DNA of 64,000 nucleotides from positions 130,202,001 to 130,266,000 of the forward strand of contig CM059431.1 in NCBI GenBank assembly GCA_030390025.1, read 5' to 3'. Numbering within the stretch: position 1 is the first letter of the stretch; the number at the start of each line of letters is the position of its first letter. Made by a program: the position numbers and the translations under genes. The notes below the pieces were generated by a model, which did no database searches, was not told where the DNA came from, and worked only from the letters and a program-made list of their open reading frames with translations. Positions 13,032 to 25,053 of the stretch are shown piece by piece. This stretch comes from Squalus acanthias. Its lineage: Eukaryota.

Positions 13032-14514
13032 ATTATAGTTATCTTCTGAAAATGTTCTGTTGTTATGCTAGCAGATACAAAACATTTTTAACTTAGTGGC
13101 TGCGGGCCGGGTTTCCCAGAGCTCGGGAAACTCAGCAGCTAAAGGAGCTGACAGATCCAGCAGGTAAATGCTTTACTAGCACTGCTTGTGGGCCAGGAGG
13201 AGCAAGAGTGCTTCCCCCCAGCCCCTCAAGCAAACCTGCCATGATCTCTTCCCCCTGCAATCTCCCAACCAGTCAGCTCCCTCCCTTCTCGCTGCCACGT
13301 TCCAAGCCCCCCCCCCCCACCCCACTAATCCCTGATCTTCTCGATTACCCGGGCCCGTCCCCATCAGTCCACAGCTGCTGCCTTCTACCGCAGGTTTTCC
13401 TGACTGGCAGCCGGCCAGTCTATCGATCTAATCTAATGAGTTCCTGCTGTTAAATTCGGCACGACCTCCGCCTTCCAAGTATTTCCAAGTTTCCCGGCCG
13501 CTGACACACTCCCTCCCACCTCTCCTTAAAAATCGGGGCCAATATGTCCAAATAAGAGTACCTGCTGAGAGTTATTGTTGGAGCAACACCACCCAAACTT
13601 TTTTTAAGATTGAAGGGGAGGTAAAGGGGTTGACTCTTGTCCTTGACTTGGCAACTCCAGGTTGTTTATTTGTCTTAAAGGGATGTAACATAAAATTCTG
13701 TTTTTCTCTTGCCATCAGTAACTCTTAGTCTGTTTTCAGAATCATGTGTTATTGTTGTATTTTGGAAACTGCTGGGCTAATGTTCCCTCTTCCTAAACTA
13801 TTGTTTTTATTCTTTTCCCAAATGAATGTATTCTGGCTACCTAATACATCACAAATGTCAATTCTCCAGAGCATATTGGAATCACAGGAACTATTGCCCT
13901 CCTGATCTGTTACATCTGTATACTAAATATCTCCCATTACTGTGTTGGCATTCTCCCAAGAACAGCTTTTGCTGAAGATTGATAAATTGTCAAATTTATT
14001 AATGCACTATAGTTCTATAATTTATTGTTTATGTATTTAGACACATGCTTAATTGTGCTTCATCTGTCCAAAAGATGTTTAAAGGATGAGACAGAACTCC
14101 AGAATAGCTGTGAAAGTCTCACCATAGGTTACTGGTCAACAGAGGTAACGGTTGGGACAGAATCAGTTCGCTGTAAGGACTAATTTTGAAATATATTATT
14201 TTTAAAATCTGTTCCTGAAGCTGCACTCTTGGCAGAAGTCTACATCTCTGGAGCGATTGGTTGGCTGTTAGACAGAAAGGTATTATTAGGACTGCTTCCT
14301 TCTCACAAGAGATACCTATTCCTGCATACTGTCTGCATCCCTGAAGAAATCAAAGTCTGTTGTATTTTTACTATAGTATGTTTTTTTTATGACCAATCAT
14401 AGAGGTCATATAGCCTTCTATATTTTCCTCATGTAATTAGAGAGGAAACTTACATGAGGTGGCTCATTAAAGCAGATGTGAGGAGCAAAAACAGTACTAT
14501 ACAATGCGAACAAT

Positions 14515-14959
14515 TGTGCAGAATTTTCGGATGCACTGAGACTGACCGCACTTAGGTTAAGTATAGTGCAGGTTTCAGCAATAATTTTTTTTGAAATACT
14601 GTAGTATAAAAAATAGTTATCAAACTTTAGAAATCTCAGTTACGCCAATATCAGGTGACTCCAGCTGTGCTGCGGTTAAATCTTTGGGCTTAAATCTAGG
14701 CCAGCGCATTATTAGGGTAAATGCAGGAAACTCGCATGAGGTGGTCTTTTGCATGGGGCGGAGCTATGTAAATAAGCAGCAGAGAGGTTCGGTGGATGTA
14801 TCTCGAAAATGGCGTGAACGATCAAGGAAATTCACTCACGGTGCTGTTTCAACGTAATGCAACATAAATCAGTTACATGTGTATTTCCTCCTAAAAAAAA
14901 AAGCACAACGGTGCTCTTACACCGTAGTTACACCAAGATTTTCCGGGAAATTCTGGGCC
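14515..14959. mobile_element. Probable Harbinger-type MITE
   Basis: Imperfect TIR cagaattttcgg / ccgggaaattctgggcc. Confidence 0.45.
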
Positions 14960-15561
14960 AGGGTTTTTCCTTAGGGCTATATTGATATACGGTCTTCCCA
15001 TTAAAATATGTTGACATAATTTTTATCTGTTGTGTCATGTCCAGATGGAATGCATCTTAGGTTGCTGAAAGAAGCAAAGATAGAAATAGCAGAGGTGGGT
15101 CTGTTGCAAAAATCGTAGAAATTGGGGGCGGGCTGTGAACCCGCCTCCACGCGACTTTGGGAAGTGTCGGGTCAGCCGCTCCCGAACTGACCCGACACCA
15201 AACGGTGGGACAGGCTGTTAATGCAGTTAACTGCCTGGATAATCCTATTTTAAAGGGCTGATCTGATTTTGGAGGTTTTTCAACATGCTGCCCGCCTTCA
15301 TAAAAACACGCCAGGTGAATCGAGCCGGGTTGAGCGAGGACCTGAATTGTTGCCAGCTGCTCGAGCAGCTTAAAAGTGGTCCTGCAATCTCTCATTCTTT
15401 CACATGCCACAACTTAGTGGTTTGAGGTTTGGGAGACATTTTGCAGCTCAACTAATCTTGTCTGAAATCCACCTGCTGTGTGACCTCCTTGGAAGACCCT
15501 CTGGCCACTTTGTCTGAGCGCACACACCCTCAATTCCTTGACTGAGATATATACCAGTGGT

Positions 15562-16790
15562 ATGGGAACCATTTATATCCACTCATCCTGGTCGTCAGAT
15601 TCGGAGGAACAGCAGCCGCGGCAGCAGTGCAACCAGGCACAGCAGCAGCACTAACAGCAGGAGTGCCAACCTTCTCCTCAGCCTCCTGATGCTGCACAGG
15701 GCAGAGGGCATCAGCGCAGGCCAGCACCTCACCGCAGGAGATACCCCCAACACCGGGTTTACAGGCAGAGGATGAGCTTCCTCAACATGAGTGAGCAGCA
15801 GTGCCAAAAGAGGCTGAGACTTCCGCGAGACGTAGTCGCTGACATCTGCGCAATGCTGCACCAACACCTGGAGCCCAGAGGAGAGTGTGGGCACTCCTTA
15901 CCAGCAAAGTCACCACCGCACTCAACTTCTTTGCTTTGGGTTCCTTCCAGAGGTCATCTGCAGACATCAGCGGCATCTCTCAGTCAGCCGCACACACTTG
16001 CATCATGCAGGCCACCGATGCCCTCGTTGCAAAGGCGCACAATTACATCCACTTCTCCACGGATGAAGCAAGTGTAACCGCGCGTGCGGTTGGCTTTGCA
16101 AATGTGGCAGGCTTCCCAAGTGTGCAGGGCGTCGTAGACTGCACACATGTGGCCATTGGGGCACCCCATCACAACCCAGCTGTTTTTGTCAACCACAAGG
16201 GCTTCCACTCCCTTCACAGCCAGCTGGTGTGTAACCACAGGAACATCATCATGCATGTTTGCGCCAAGTACTCTGGCAGTTGCCATGACTCCTTCATCCT
16301 GCGCCAGTCTACTGTGCCACAGCTCTTCAATCCGCCAACCTAACTTTCCGGACGGCTACTTGGCGACAAGGGCTATCCCCTGAAAAAGTGACTCATGACA
16401 CCGATGAGGACGCCATCAAACGAGGCTGAGGAGCGGTACAATGTGAGCCACATTTCGACCAGAAGCATCATAGAGCAAACCATCGGCTTTCTCAAAAAGC
16501 GATTTGGATGCCTCGACAGATCTGGTGGAGCCCTGCAGTATGCACCAGCCACGGTGTCCAGAATCATCGTCGTCTGCTGTGCCCTGCACAACATCGCACA
16601 GCAGCGTGGCTTAGCGCTCCCTGAGGAACAAGTGGCTCAGCACAGAGTATCCTCGGAAGAAGAGGAGGAGGATGAGGAGGACAAGGAGGAGGCTCGCCTT
16701 GCAGGTCCGGATGTGAGCAATGCAGTAGCTCTCGAGCTCATTGCTGGCCATCATGCACGGGATGCACTCATCCATGCCAGATTCATGTAA
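15562..16790 (+). pseudogene. Harbinger (HARBI1-like) DDE transposase, disrupted
   Basis: Motifs [47 protein letters not shown] and an acidic tail. In-frame stops near 15652, 16341 and 16389, a frameshift near 15905, and aataaa at 16873. Confidence 0.92.
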
Positions 16791-17071
16791 TCTTACTCTT
16801 CAACCACAGGTGGTGAGCATATGGCTATGAATGTGTAGACAACCTTCCTGAAATGCCATACATCATCTCTCCAATAAATGGTTCTTTTCCTATCACTTTC
16901 ACCATCATCATTACAAATGCAAGTCGCCCTGAGCCCTCATTGTGCAACTTCCATTTCCCAGACACGTAGGCCAGAACTTCAACTGTTTGCCATCACAAAA
17001 GGATGACAATGGCAAATATTAAACAGAGCAAAAGACAACAGAACAAAACACCCAAGTGACTACCCTTGTGA

Positions 17072-18976
17072 CTATTTGTGCTTTATCGTTCTCTTACGCG
17101 TGCTTCTACGTGGTGCTTCCCCTGTGGCTTCAGCAGATGTAGAGGCACCTTGCTCTCTTGGATGCTGTGTCTGCTTAGACGCCTTTGGCGGGCGTCCTCT
17201 GGGTTTGGGAGCCTTGGAAGGCTCTGCAACAGTCTGCTCTTCCTGTGGCTGTGCAGAGGCTGGAAGGGCCATCTCAGTTGGGTGTGGAATGTGGGTCTCT
17301 GACTGAGGGCTCCGCAGTGGCATGGTCATGTGGGCACTTAGAGAGGAGCCCACACTTCCTTGTAGCCTGCCACCAACATCCTTCTCATGGGTCAGCCGCA
17401 CTTCAGTGCTAGCAAGCAGCTGGAGAGCACCTTGCTGCACATCAGGGGGGCCATGAGGACCTGTCTTTGTACTGACAGTCCTCATAACAAGGACATCCAT
17501 GAAGCTCTGGTGTCTCTCCTCAATAGATGCCCATCTCTCCTCCATAGCAGACAATCTATTTAGAAGAGTCACCATGTTTTCGTGAGTCTGGCGACTTATG
17601 TCCTCCATGGCAGTTGCCATCCTCTCCATGGCGGAATGTTCATGTGCCACTGCCTGCCTCCACAAAGGCAGTGCTCATGTTAGAGATGGACTCCTCCATT
17701 CTTTGCACACTCGCAGTTACCCTGGATGCAAACCCTGTCAGAGACTCCTGCACTTGTTCCTGGAGTACCAGCACCGCTCTCTTTCTGGATGGCCCCAGAG
17801 GCACAGCGTCTGCATGCAGCTGAACAGAGCTAGGAGAGTCCTGCGACCTCCGACGAGGACTCTCCACTGCTGTTGCTGTCTCCACCATCTGCTGATGCTC
17901 ACTTGTGAACTGTGATACACCAGGTGGCAACACTACTCTATGTCACGAACGGCTCGCCAAGGTGTGCGTATCGGCGCTGGTGCTGGGTGACGCTGTTCCT
18001 TCAGAGGCTGCAAGTTCCTCTGAGGAGTCGTCCGGCTCTTCTCCCTGGACAGTGGGGAAGGGGGGCGCTCGATGGTCCTGTGGGAGAGTAAAGGCATGAG
18101 TTAGACATTTGATTTTTAGGTAGCAGATACATCCTTTTCTGCAGATGATACAATGTGAATCTGTATGAACATCATATGCCATTGCAGTCAATCATGAAAT
18201 CTAAATGAGAGGGATGAAACTCTATTCTGTCACCAGCTTTGTCTAGTGTGCCCGTCTCTCCGTCCCCCACTTCCAGCTCCTCGCCACCTCCAACGATCTC
18301 GTGTGCAGCCTCCTCAGCACTTGTCAACGTAGCGAGGGATGGTGTGCCTCCTCCTGTCTTTGCTCTCTTCCTCTTATTGTGGGCTATCTTTTCCTGCAAG
18401 GAGGGACACAGGTGGAGTTTCAGCGAGATTGATGGAGTGACTGTGAAGAATCCATAACATAGAAGGTTAGAGGGAGACTAAGATGGAGTGAGGTGCCAAG
18501 AGGAAGCTGCCTCCCTGTGCGTTGTTACTTGTTGTCATTGCATAACAGTGAGAGCAAGTGTGAGGGGTGCATAGTAGGATGGTGAGGTGATTCAGTAGAG
18601 AGAGAGAGATGGATAGGTAAGGGTGCAAGGGAAGTAAGGGTAAGGTGGTATGTGGAGGAGCAGGCTTACAAAGCAGAGTGCTGGTGATGAGAAGAGAAGA
18701 GAAGCAGATTGAAGGTAAGTGTGATGTGATACTCACTTTTGCTGATCGCAGAAGATCATTAAAGCGTTTCCTGCACTGGATCCAGGTGCGTGAACAAATG
18801 GACCTTGCGCTGACCTCCTCAGCAATGTTTAGCCAGGCTGCCTTGGTTTGCTGAGGAGGCTTCCTCCGGCCATCGGGAGGGAACAGAATCTCCCTGCGCC
18901 CACCTTCTCCCTCCACAAGAGCTTGGAGGGAGTCCTCATTGAAACGTGGAGCAGCCTTCGGTTTTGCACCACTCAT
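17072..18976 (-). pseudogene. Harbinger Myb/SANT-like DNA-binding protein, three exons, with frameshifts in exon 3
   Basis: Exon 1 18976-18737 (80 codons, APRF...AW...RTWIQCRKRFNDL, donor gtgagt). Exon 2 18393-18234 (EKIAHNKRKRAKTGGG). Exon 3 starts at 18077 and continues to a C-terminus KPRGRPPK...PRRSTRKRTIKHK. Confidence 0.88.
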
Positions 18977-19042
18977 TGTGGCTTTGGCACATTCAGACAC
19001 CAGCAGAAACAAGAAATGAAAGGCTGAGGCTGCATGGGACCC

Positions 19043-19069
19043 TTAAAAACATCTGCACCAATGACGTCA
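19043..19069 (-). promoter_or_regulatory. Putative promoter of the Harbinger Myb gene (CRE palindrome plus TTTAA box)
   Basis: tgacgtca at 19062-19069 and a minus-strand tttttaa at 19043-19049, about 70-90 bp upstream of the ATG at 18976. Confidence 0.45.
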
Positions 19070-19377
19070 TCAGAGGCGACTAACAGACCCGATCCCAATC
19101 ATTGGACCAGCCAGCGCGCACCACTGCACTTAAGGGGTCAATTAAATTAAAATTTCAACTCTGGAGCGGCTGCAGTCGGCAGCGGGTCCGGACCCCACCC
19201 ACCAGGCAACCCGACTCCAAGCCGCCTCGTCAATTAAATTCATGGTCAAAGGGTGGTGGTGGATGGATGTTTCTCAGACTGTGAGGTGGTTTGCAGTGGT
19301 GTTCCCCAAGGGTCAGTTTTGGGTCTATTGCAATTTTTATAAATGACCTAGACTCGGGTGTAGGGAGCAGCATTATA

Positions 19378-20986
19378 GGCCTGGATTTTCCTTACCTCGG
19401 CGTGTCCGGCGCGGGTGATGTTAGTGGTGGATCCCAGCCCCGTTGCTGGCTCAGTCCCGCTCTTGAAAATGATTTTACATTGATGGGGCTTGTTAAGCCT
19501 ACCCAATGAGTTTGCCGCTCCAATTAGAGGAAGCGGGTCTGGTGACATCATTCATGACGCGTCATCAGCCGGTTTCCTTGAAGGGACCATGACAACTTTC
19601 TTTTAACATTTGTGCTGTCAGTGTTCTACAGCATTGAAGTGCAGCAAACGCTGACAAGCACTGCACAGAGATGCTCCCATGACTCCCTCCATCTGCACAG
19701 GAGGGCACAAGCAGGGATGTCATCAGGAGGACCTGGGTGCAGTGGCGCAAACCTTTAAATGATCTCATTAGATCACGAAACATTAGTATAAAGCCACACT
19801 CACCTTCATCCTGCTGTGCCTCTCATCACATCCCCATCACTCTGCCTTCCCTACCCTACCCCTGCACATCCTTACTCACACCAACTTACCTTACACTCCA
19901 CCTATCCCTCTACATTATCACATCCCATTTCACTAGCCACCCCTCACACTCACCCTCATTCTAGTTAAATCATACCAACTAACAACACACAAGGGTAGCC
20001 ACTTGGGTGTTTTATCCAATGTTCATGTAAAGTTTCTGTTACTGTGGTGTCAAACTTTGGAACCTTTATTTTCAACACTTTGCGTTCTTGGACAGATTTG
20101 TGTGCACCTTGGAAGTAGCTTAGTGAGTTGCAGAGAATGGTGAGACATAACGATACCCCCCACAATGGTGGTGAGTGTGAAAGGAATGGCTTGGACATTG
20201 TAGGGGTGCTTTATGGTGTTGTTGTGGGATGGTGCCAACCTGGTGCATTATGTGGCAGCCAGGTTGTGCAGCATCAAGTGAAGTAAATCTGGCCATGATG
20301 AGGCCATCCCTGGTGTCCCGGGCAGCAATGTAGTCGGGTGCTGATGCCCTGTGTCCTGTGCAGCATTAGTTGGTTGCAGAGAAGGTTGGTGTTGATGTTG
20401 GTGCTGCTGGTGTTGGGGCTGATCGTGGTTGGATTCTGAGGACCAAGGTGAGACAGAATAAAGGCACCCATGTTGATGGAATAGATGGCAGGTGAAGTAG
20501 AGATGACAGAAGCTTTCTTCCAATGAGGTAAGAGTGAATGGAGAGTGGAAAGTGGAAAGCCTGCAGAATCTGTGCTGGAAATGGACTGAGAAACAGCTTG
20601 TGGCTGAGGAAAGTGAAGATCTGTCAGGTGGGAGCTTTAACTGTACATTTGAAGCTGTCAAGTAATCAGCTGGAGCAGTGACCACTGAACCCCCGCCTCA
20701 GGTTGACAGCCGTGGTCCCCGACCACCGTGTTTCCTGTGCCCATGAAGTTAAAGTCAAAAGGTAAGTTAAAAAAGCCTGTTAATGACCTCTCAACTAAAT
20801 GGTAATGAGTTTAATTGGGTTGCCCGCCACTGCCTGTCGGGTCTGCTCAGCACTGACAGACTCGATATTGGGAAAGGCACATTGCGGCGGGTTGACAGTG
20901 GGGTCCCGACCCGCTGTCAAAAAAAAACACTTTCTCACCTGACCCACCACCGATCCCGCCCGCTGACCCCAGGGAAAATTCTGGCC
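19378..20986. mobile_element. Internally deleted Harbinger derivative (1.6 kb)
   Basis: TIRs ggcctggattttcc / ggaaaattctggcc and exact 3-bp TSD ata (19375-77, 20987-89). Contains remnants of Myb exon 1 (+, QWRKPLNDLIRS) and the Q-rich transposase N-terminus (-). Confidence 0.9.
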
Positions 20987-22936
20987 ATAAAGTTTGCAAA
21001 TGATACAAAACTTGGCAAAGTAGTAGATAGTGCTGAGAATAGTTATAGGCTTCAGGATGACGTAGACAGGATGGTGAAATGGGCAGAAGCATGGCAGATG
21101 GAGTTCAATGCGGAGAAGTGTGAAATGATGCGCTTTGGGAGGACTAATCTGGAAAGACAGTATACTATAAATGGCATGATTTTGAAAAGTGTAGATGAGC
21201 AGAGAGACCTTGGTGTCCATATACACAAATCTTTAAAGGTGGCAGGACAAGTTGATAAGGTGGTTAGAAAAGCATATGGTTTACCTGGGTTTATAAAAGA
21301 GGAATATAATATAAAAGCAAAGAGATCTTGCTAGAACTTTATAAGTCACGGCTAGTCCTCAACTGGAGTATTGTGGACAATTCTGGGCATCACACTTCAG
21401 GAAAGATGTAAAGGCCCTAGAAAGGGTGCAGAGGAGGTTTACCAGGATGTTACCAGGGATGAGGGACTTCAGTTATGAGGTGAGGTTGGAAAAGTTAGGA
21501 CTGTTCTGCTTGGAACAGAGAAGGTTAAGAGGTGACCTAATAGAGATTTTCAAGGTGATGAGAGGTTTTGATAGAGTAGATAAAGAAAAATTATTCCCTT
21601 TGGCAAGTGGGTTGATAACTAGAGGTCATAGATTCAAAATCATTGGCAAAAGATCTAGAAGGGAGATGAGGAAAAATTTTCTCACTGAGCTGTCGAAATC
21701 TGCAATGCTGTACCTGAAAAGGTGTTGGAATCTGATTCCATAAATAATTTTAAAAGGGAGTTGGACAGGTATTGAGCATGAGGAACCTACAGGGTTACGG
21801 ACAAAACCTGGGGATGTGGGACTAAGCACGACTGCTCTTTCAAAGAGCCAGCACAGGCATGACGGGCCGAATGGCCTATTTCTGTGCTGTAAGTTTTAAT
21901 GATTCTATGTTGACATCAGGGTTTCATTACTAAAGCATGACACAGAAAGTAAGGTTAATGTGTATAGGAAGCACATGCCATATGCAAGATTTTTAATAAG
22001 ATACAAATTTATAAAAATGACATACGACAAAGAAGATATTTATGTTATAATGTACTTTTGTCTATGTTTAATTTGGTTTCATGCCAAATCTGGTTATTAC
22101 ATTACATTCTTCGATTTTTTTCACAATGGCATATGAATAAGATGAAGTGCATGCTCAGAATAATTCAGACTGCTGAAATTACAACTCTATTGCTTCAATT
22201 TTTCAATTTAGTCAAATATCCACCTCATACTATTTTATATATACATTTACTGTAGTTAAGCATATAATGAAGAACTTTAAAGAGTTTGTATTATCTTTCT
22301 GGGTTTTTATACTAGATAATTTCCTCGGGTTCAGTACCACAGACCATTCCCATAACCAAGCTCTCCTCCTTATGTGTGCCTTGTAACTGCCCAATATCAA
22401 GGTGAATGGGGTCAAACATAGGATCCTTGTCACTGCATTGTCCTCATCTGATTTCTTTGACTTCAGTAGGTAGAAGAATTAGCACTCTACCAGACTATGG
22501 TTTAGGCCTTAAACTACTAATCAGAATTATTGGAGATTAAGCAGATAAATGAACAGGATTAAATACAAACAACAGAGTTATAGTAACTACAGACTTTATT
22601 ATTCTTGAAATATCAAACAACAAATGTGCTTCTCTTGTGTTAACCCTCCATATAAACTGAACTTTGGAACATGGCTCCTTCTTAGCTTTAAATGGTAGTT
22701 CATTGTCACGGATTCTTCGACTTAGCCCCATCTCTAACGGCTGCAGACTAACTGCTGGCTGGGAGATATGTCATTCAATATCCTTTAACGATGTATCAAA
22801 ACAAAGGATATTAATAAATGTCTCTCTCATGACTACATTAGGTAGTCAGCCATTCGCAGAATTCAAAATGGCTTTTGCTCACAAAAATACAGCTGCTAAA
22901 CTGAGATCTATTTCAAAAAGATCTGCGGGATACCGA

Positions 22937-23254
22937 GGGGGCGATTTTGCCAGCCCTGGGGAGGCGGGTTTAGAGGCGGGACTGCCGGGAAAATGGCAGA
23001 ATCTGGGGGCGGGTACCCATCCCGTCCCCAACCCATCTCCGTGCCATCTTCCCAGGAGGCGGGTACCCGACTCACGCCGGGTCCCATCTCCTTGAGGCGG
23101 GCAGGGGATTACAGCCCCTTCCCGCAGGGCGGGCTTAACAAGGTCAGTCAAGGAAAAATAGCGTGGGTTGGCCAGACGTCGATGGAGGCGGAACTGAAAC
23201 CCGACAAAGCAGCAGTCCCGCCTCCAACGCGCCCCCATTGGCAAAATCACCCCC
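22937..23254. mobile_element. Harbinger-type MITE (318 bp)
   Basis: 15-bp TIR gggggcgattttgcc / ggcaaaatcaccccc with one mismatch. Internal gcgggcttaacaaggtca is shared with the 33586 element. Confidence 0.8.
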
Positions 23255-24033
23255 TCATAGTTGAACCGAATGGCTGAACCCCTCTACCTGGTAACAAACT
23301 ACCAGTCCCATTTGATTGTTACTGTAACAATGCTGTTGTCACCTGTCAGCAACAGCATTTTAGAAGTCAACGGACTGAGCATTTCTCCACTGAGTTATTA
23401 TTCGCATGTACAGCTAATCCATCTGATTCTTGAGCTGTTGTGTATCGAATAGGCTGGGGCATTTTCTGCACAGGTTTATAATCCTGCAGGTACCATTCAA
23501 AAGGAACAGAAATAACATATCATCTGCAAAAGTGCTCCATTTTTTAAATCATAAGTCTCAAATAGATTTGCAAAATAACAAGCTGCAGCACAGATAAAAT
23601 TTGAGAAAAGTACAAATATTGGAGGTAATAACTCATCATTGCTAATGCGCTGTTATGCTAAAGTAGTCTCCGGTCACATACTCTTTTATTTCCTTGAGCA
23701 GTTATAGATCAATTGTGGACAGCAGATGGTTTTAGTCATTACATTTCTAAAGCATTGTAAATATATGGTCTAAAGTAACCACTAATTCGTTTTTTATATT
23801 AAATCAGCCTCGAGCACTGCCTCTGCCATGTGTTTACAGTTATTTTGTATAAGTTCCAATAAACCATCTTGAACTGAAAAAACTAAGCAATATATTGAAG
23901 CAGCCTTCATTTTGGTTTTATGGTGTCTCAACTACTTCAGTAACTAATATTTAATTCTCAGAATCACTTTTACTTTTTTGATTATATCTTAACGTAGTTG
24001 ATTGCAAGTCAGTCACCTTTATTTTCTTTGCAG

Positions 24034-24167
24034 GTAAATCGAGCTTGTGGACATCCTGTTAGAAAGCCTGCACAATCTTTGGATTACCAACCAGATCTTT
24101 ACAGCGATAAACATGGGCTTAAAATCACTCATAAAGAAAGTGAGGAGACATTATCCAGCAGGAGAAA
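24034..24167 (+). CDS. GPC5: Glypican-5 internal coding exon (equivalent to human exon 4)
   Basis: Acceptor ttttctttgcag ends at 24033 and donor gtaaga starts at 24168. The 134 nt encode VNRACGHPVRKPAQSLDYQPDLYSDKHGLKITHKESEETLSSRR(K), which resembles GPC5 VNRICGRPVR...SEETLANRRK as I recall it. Phase 0 start, phase 2 end. Confidence 0.93.
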
Positions 24168-24529
24168 GTAAGACGTATTTATACTTGTTAGGCTTTTGTA
24201 CAGGCAGCAGGTGAAGGTTATTGATATGTTTAAATAAACATGATTACAATATATAAGACCACTTTTTTTTAACAGGCACAGAATGGCAAAAAGTGTTCAT
24301 GGGTAGGCGCACATTATTTTGTTGGAGTAAAATTTTGATGTTCTGCAGCAAAACTTATGTTTTATTTTTACATTTTATAAGCTTTTGTTTGCTTGCAGCT
24401 TGTTTTGTTCACGCAACATCATCCCTGACATTAAATATAAGCAAAAACAACGAGTAGTTCTCAAAACTTCTAAAAATTGGTCAAATGCTCCTCTGACTAA
24501 GGATTCTGAAACTCTGAGAAGTCTGGGAA

Positions 24530-25030
24530 AAATTGTCTCCTTCTCCATTAGTTTCCATCTCTCTGTCTTTCTTCCCTTCAGTTTGTCTTTCCTTCCCTTT
24601 TATTATCTCTGTCTGCTCATTTTGAGTTCACATTCCTTCTGATTCATGCAATCCTTTTTCTAGTGCACACTCCTTTCTTGATTTTCCCACTTGCTCGCTC
24701 TATCCCTCTTTCTCTCTTCCCATTTTCCTGGCTTGTGTTTTTCCTTTCAGGTTTTTTCTTTTTCTCTCCCCCTTTTTGGTTCATGCACTGTATCCCCTTT
24801 TCTGGTTCACTGACTTAGTCTCTCCTTTTGAGTTTCACATTCCCATCATTAGGTTTCCTCCCTTCTTCTGGTTCACATATTTTTTTTCTCCTTTCTCCTT
24901 CCCCCTTTTGGTGTTTGCTCTCTGTCCACCCGCCCCTCTCCCTTTGGTGTTTTCTTAATCTCTCAAGCCTTTTTTTGGTTCACACTCTCCACTTATGTCC
25001 ACCTTGGCTATTCTTTTCATTTTTTCCTAT
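24530..25030 (+). repeat. Pyrimidine-rich low-complexity tract
   Basis: About 500 bp dominated by C/T, with recurring ggttcac and tttctc units. Confidence 0.7.
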
Positions 25031-25053
25031 TTAGCTCAGTGGACAGATACTAC

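Larger units (their letters stand above)
15096..19247. mobile_element. Near-complete PIF/Harbinger DNA transposon with convergent transposase and Myb/SANT genes; left end lost
   Basis: Two convergent genes with GC-rich subterminal regions. The right end aaattcatggtc abuts resumed CR1 sequence. Confidence 0.9.
15036..21910 (+). mobile_element. CR1 LINE broken into three pieces (15036-15095, 19248-19377, 20987-21910) by two Harbinger elements
   Basis: PDGMHLRLLKE..EIAE | RVVVDGCFSD...GVPQG...INDLDSGVGSSI | KFANDTKLG...3' UTR, colinear with CR1 RT. Confidence 0.88.

Noticed and set aside
15562..18976. Domesticated HARBI1/NAIF1 host genes
   Set aside because: Stops, frameshifts, insertion within a CR1 and related copies nearby indicate a transposon rather than host genes.
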